Shown one piece after another: positions 63,376 through 64,000 of a stretch of 64,000 nt of DNA; position 1 is the first letter of the stretch; each line of letters opens with the position of its first letter. Position numbers and translations under genes: made by a program. The notes beneath the pieces are model-generated. The model was not told the origin of the DNA. It worked only from the letters and a program-made list of their open reading frames with translations, and ran no database searches. The DNA comes from Octopus vulgaris (Eukaryota). The stretch covers positions 68,014,001-68,078,000 of the forward strand of contig OX597830.1 of NCBI GenBank assembly GCA_951406725.2, given 5' to 3'.

Positions 63376-63571
63376 GTAATTTTAACAATCACACACATTT
63401 TATTGGTGGAAGAATTTACATTTTGTGATATTGATTCCTTTCTCTATTGTATAAGGAACAGATTGATGTAAATTAAACAAAACTTGAAACTGGTTTGTAA
63501 ACTCAATGGGAAATCCATAATATCTGCTAATGATGATCCTAATTATATTCATGGACTACCAGGAGAGATAA

Positions 63572-63606
<35 letters not shown>

Positions 63607-63664
63607 TGTGCTTCATGAGAACACAGCTTATATTATATCCCCATATATATATATGGGTGTGTGT

Positions 63665-63835
63665 GTGTGTGTCTGGCTTTCACAGCCCTAAGCAGTTTGA
63701 TGTATTACATTTTGACTCTTTGAATTTCAAGTGATTTTGGCACTGCATTCATCTTGATGTTCTTCAAAGTCTTTACATAGTCGATGAAACTGATGCACAA
63801 AGGCAGCTTGTATTCTTTCACTGAATATCGAATTC
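63665..63835 (-). mobile_element. Short RTE RT fragment
   Basis: KEYKLPLCISFIDYVKT...NAVPKSLEIQ. Confidence 0.6.
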
Positions 63836-64000
63836 TATTTTTGTGTGTTGAAACTAAAATGACTTCCTCATGGAGGATGAGTGATAACCACCACAACATA
63901 TTTATATTTTTATAATCGCTTTATTATATTTTCTTATAAAATATTGATTTCAAAGGTTGACTCAAGGACAGCAATTTCAGGGGAGGGGTATATAGATACA

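Larger units (their letters stand above)
26230..63940 (+). repeat. Tandem intragenic segmental duplication: six homologous units (A exon, intron, B exon, intron) broken up by unit-specific TE insertions and deletions
   Basis: Homologous pre-A flanks at ~26230, 35890, 39990, 49460; post-A flanks at 26662, 36338, 40438, 49860, 56972, ~61680; pre-B flanks at ~30060, 37510, 52905, 60095; post-B flanks at 30435, 37949, 48531, 53411, 60591. Confidence 0.93.

Overview
Eukaryotic, AT-rich, microsatellite- and transposon-dense DNA; the SINE/RTE/Penelope repertoire points to an octopus (coleoid cephalopod) genome (inference). Nearly all ORF-track ORFs are transposon remnants or low-complexity artefacts. 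The real content is part of one + strand spliced gene, a TRPM-family ion channel. Three ordinary exons (8952-9040 GSGGAADVMA..., 16514-16704 ...LLTVYNIHSSEDFDVVIKKALIK, 19710-19804) are followed by a tandemly duplicated array of at least 11 microexons in two strictly alternating classes. Class A exons are phase 0->2 (32,32,32,32,32,41 nt) and class B exons are phase 2->0 (43,40,28,52,76 nt). All have AG/GT borders and splice into one stop-free frame. The introns around the copies are clearly homologous while the exons are hypervariable: A2 vs A3 differ at 6 of 32 nt, all non-synonymous, inside a flank about 98% identical by hand count. The array expands a normally short TRPM N-terminal loop by at least ~175 aa, and any A can join any downstream B in frame. 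Introns carry hAT/Buster, RTE, R4/Dong, Tx1, Gypsy (with a nested solo LTR), Helitron, mariner and Penelope elements. They also hold an 835-bp near-perfect palindrome with two hammerhead-ribozyme motifs.
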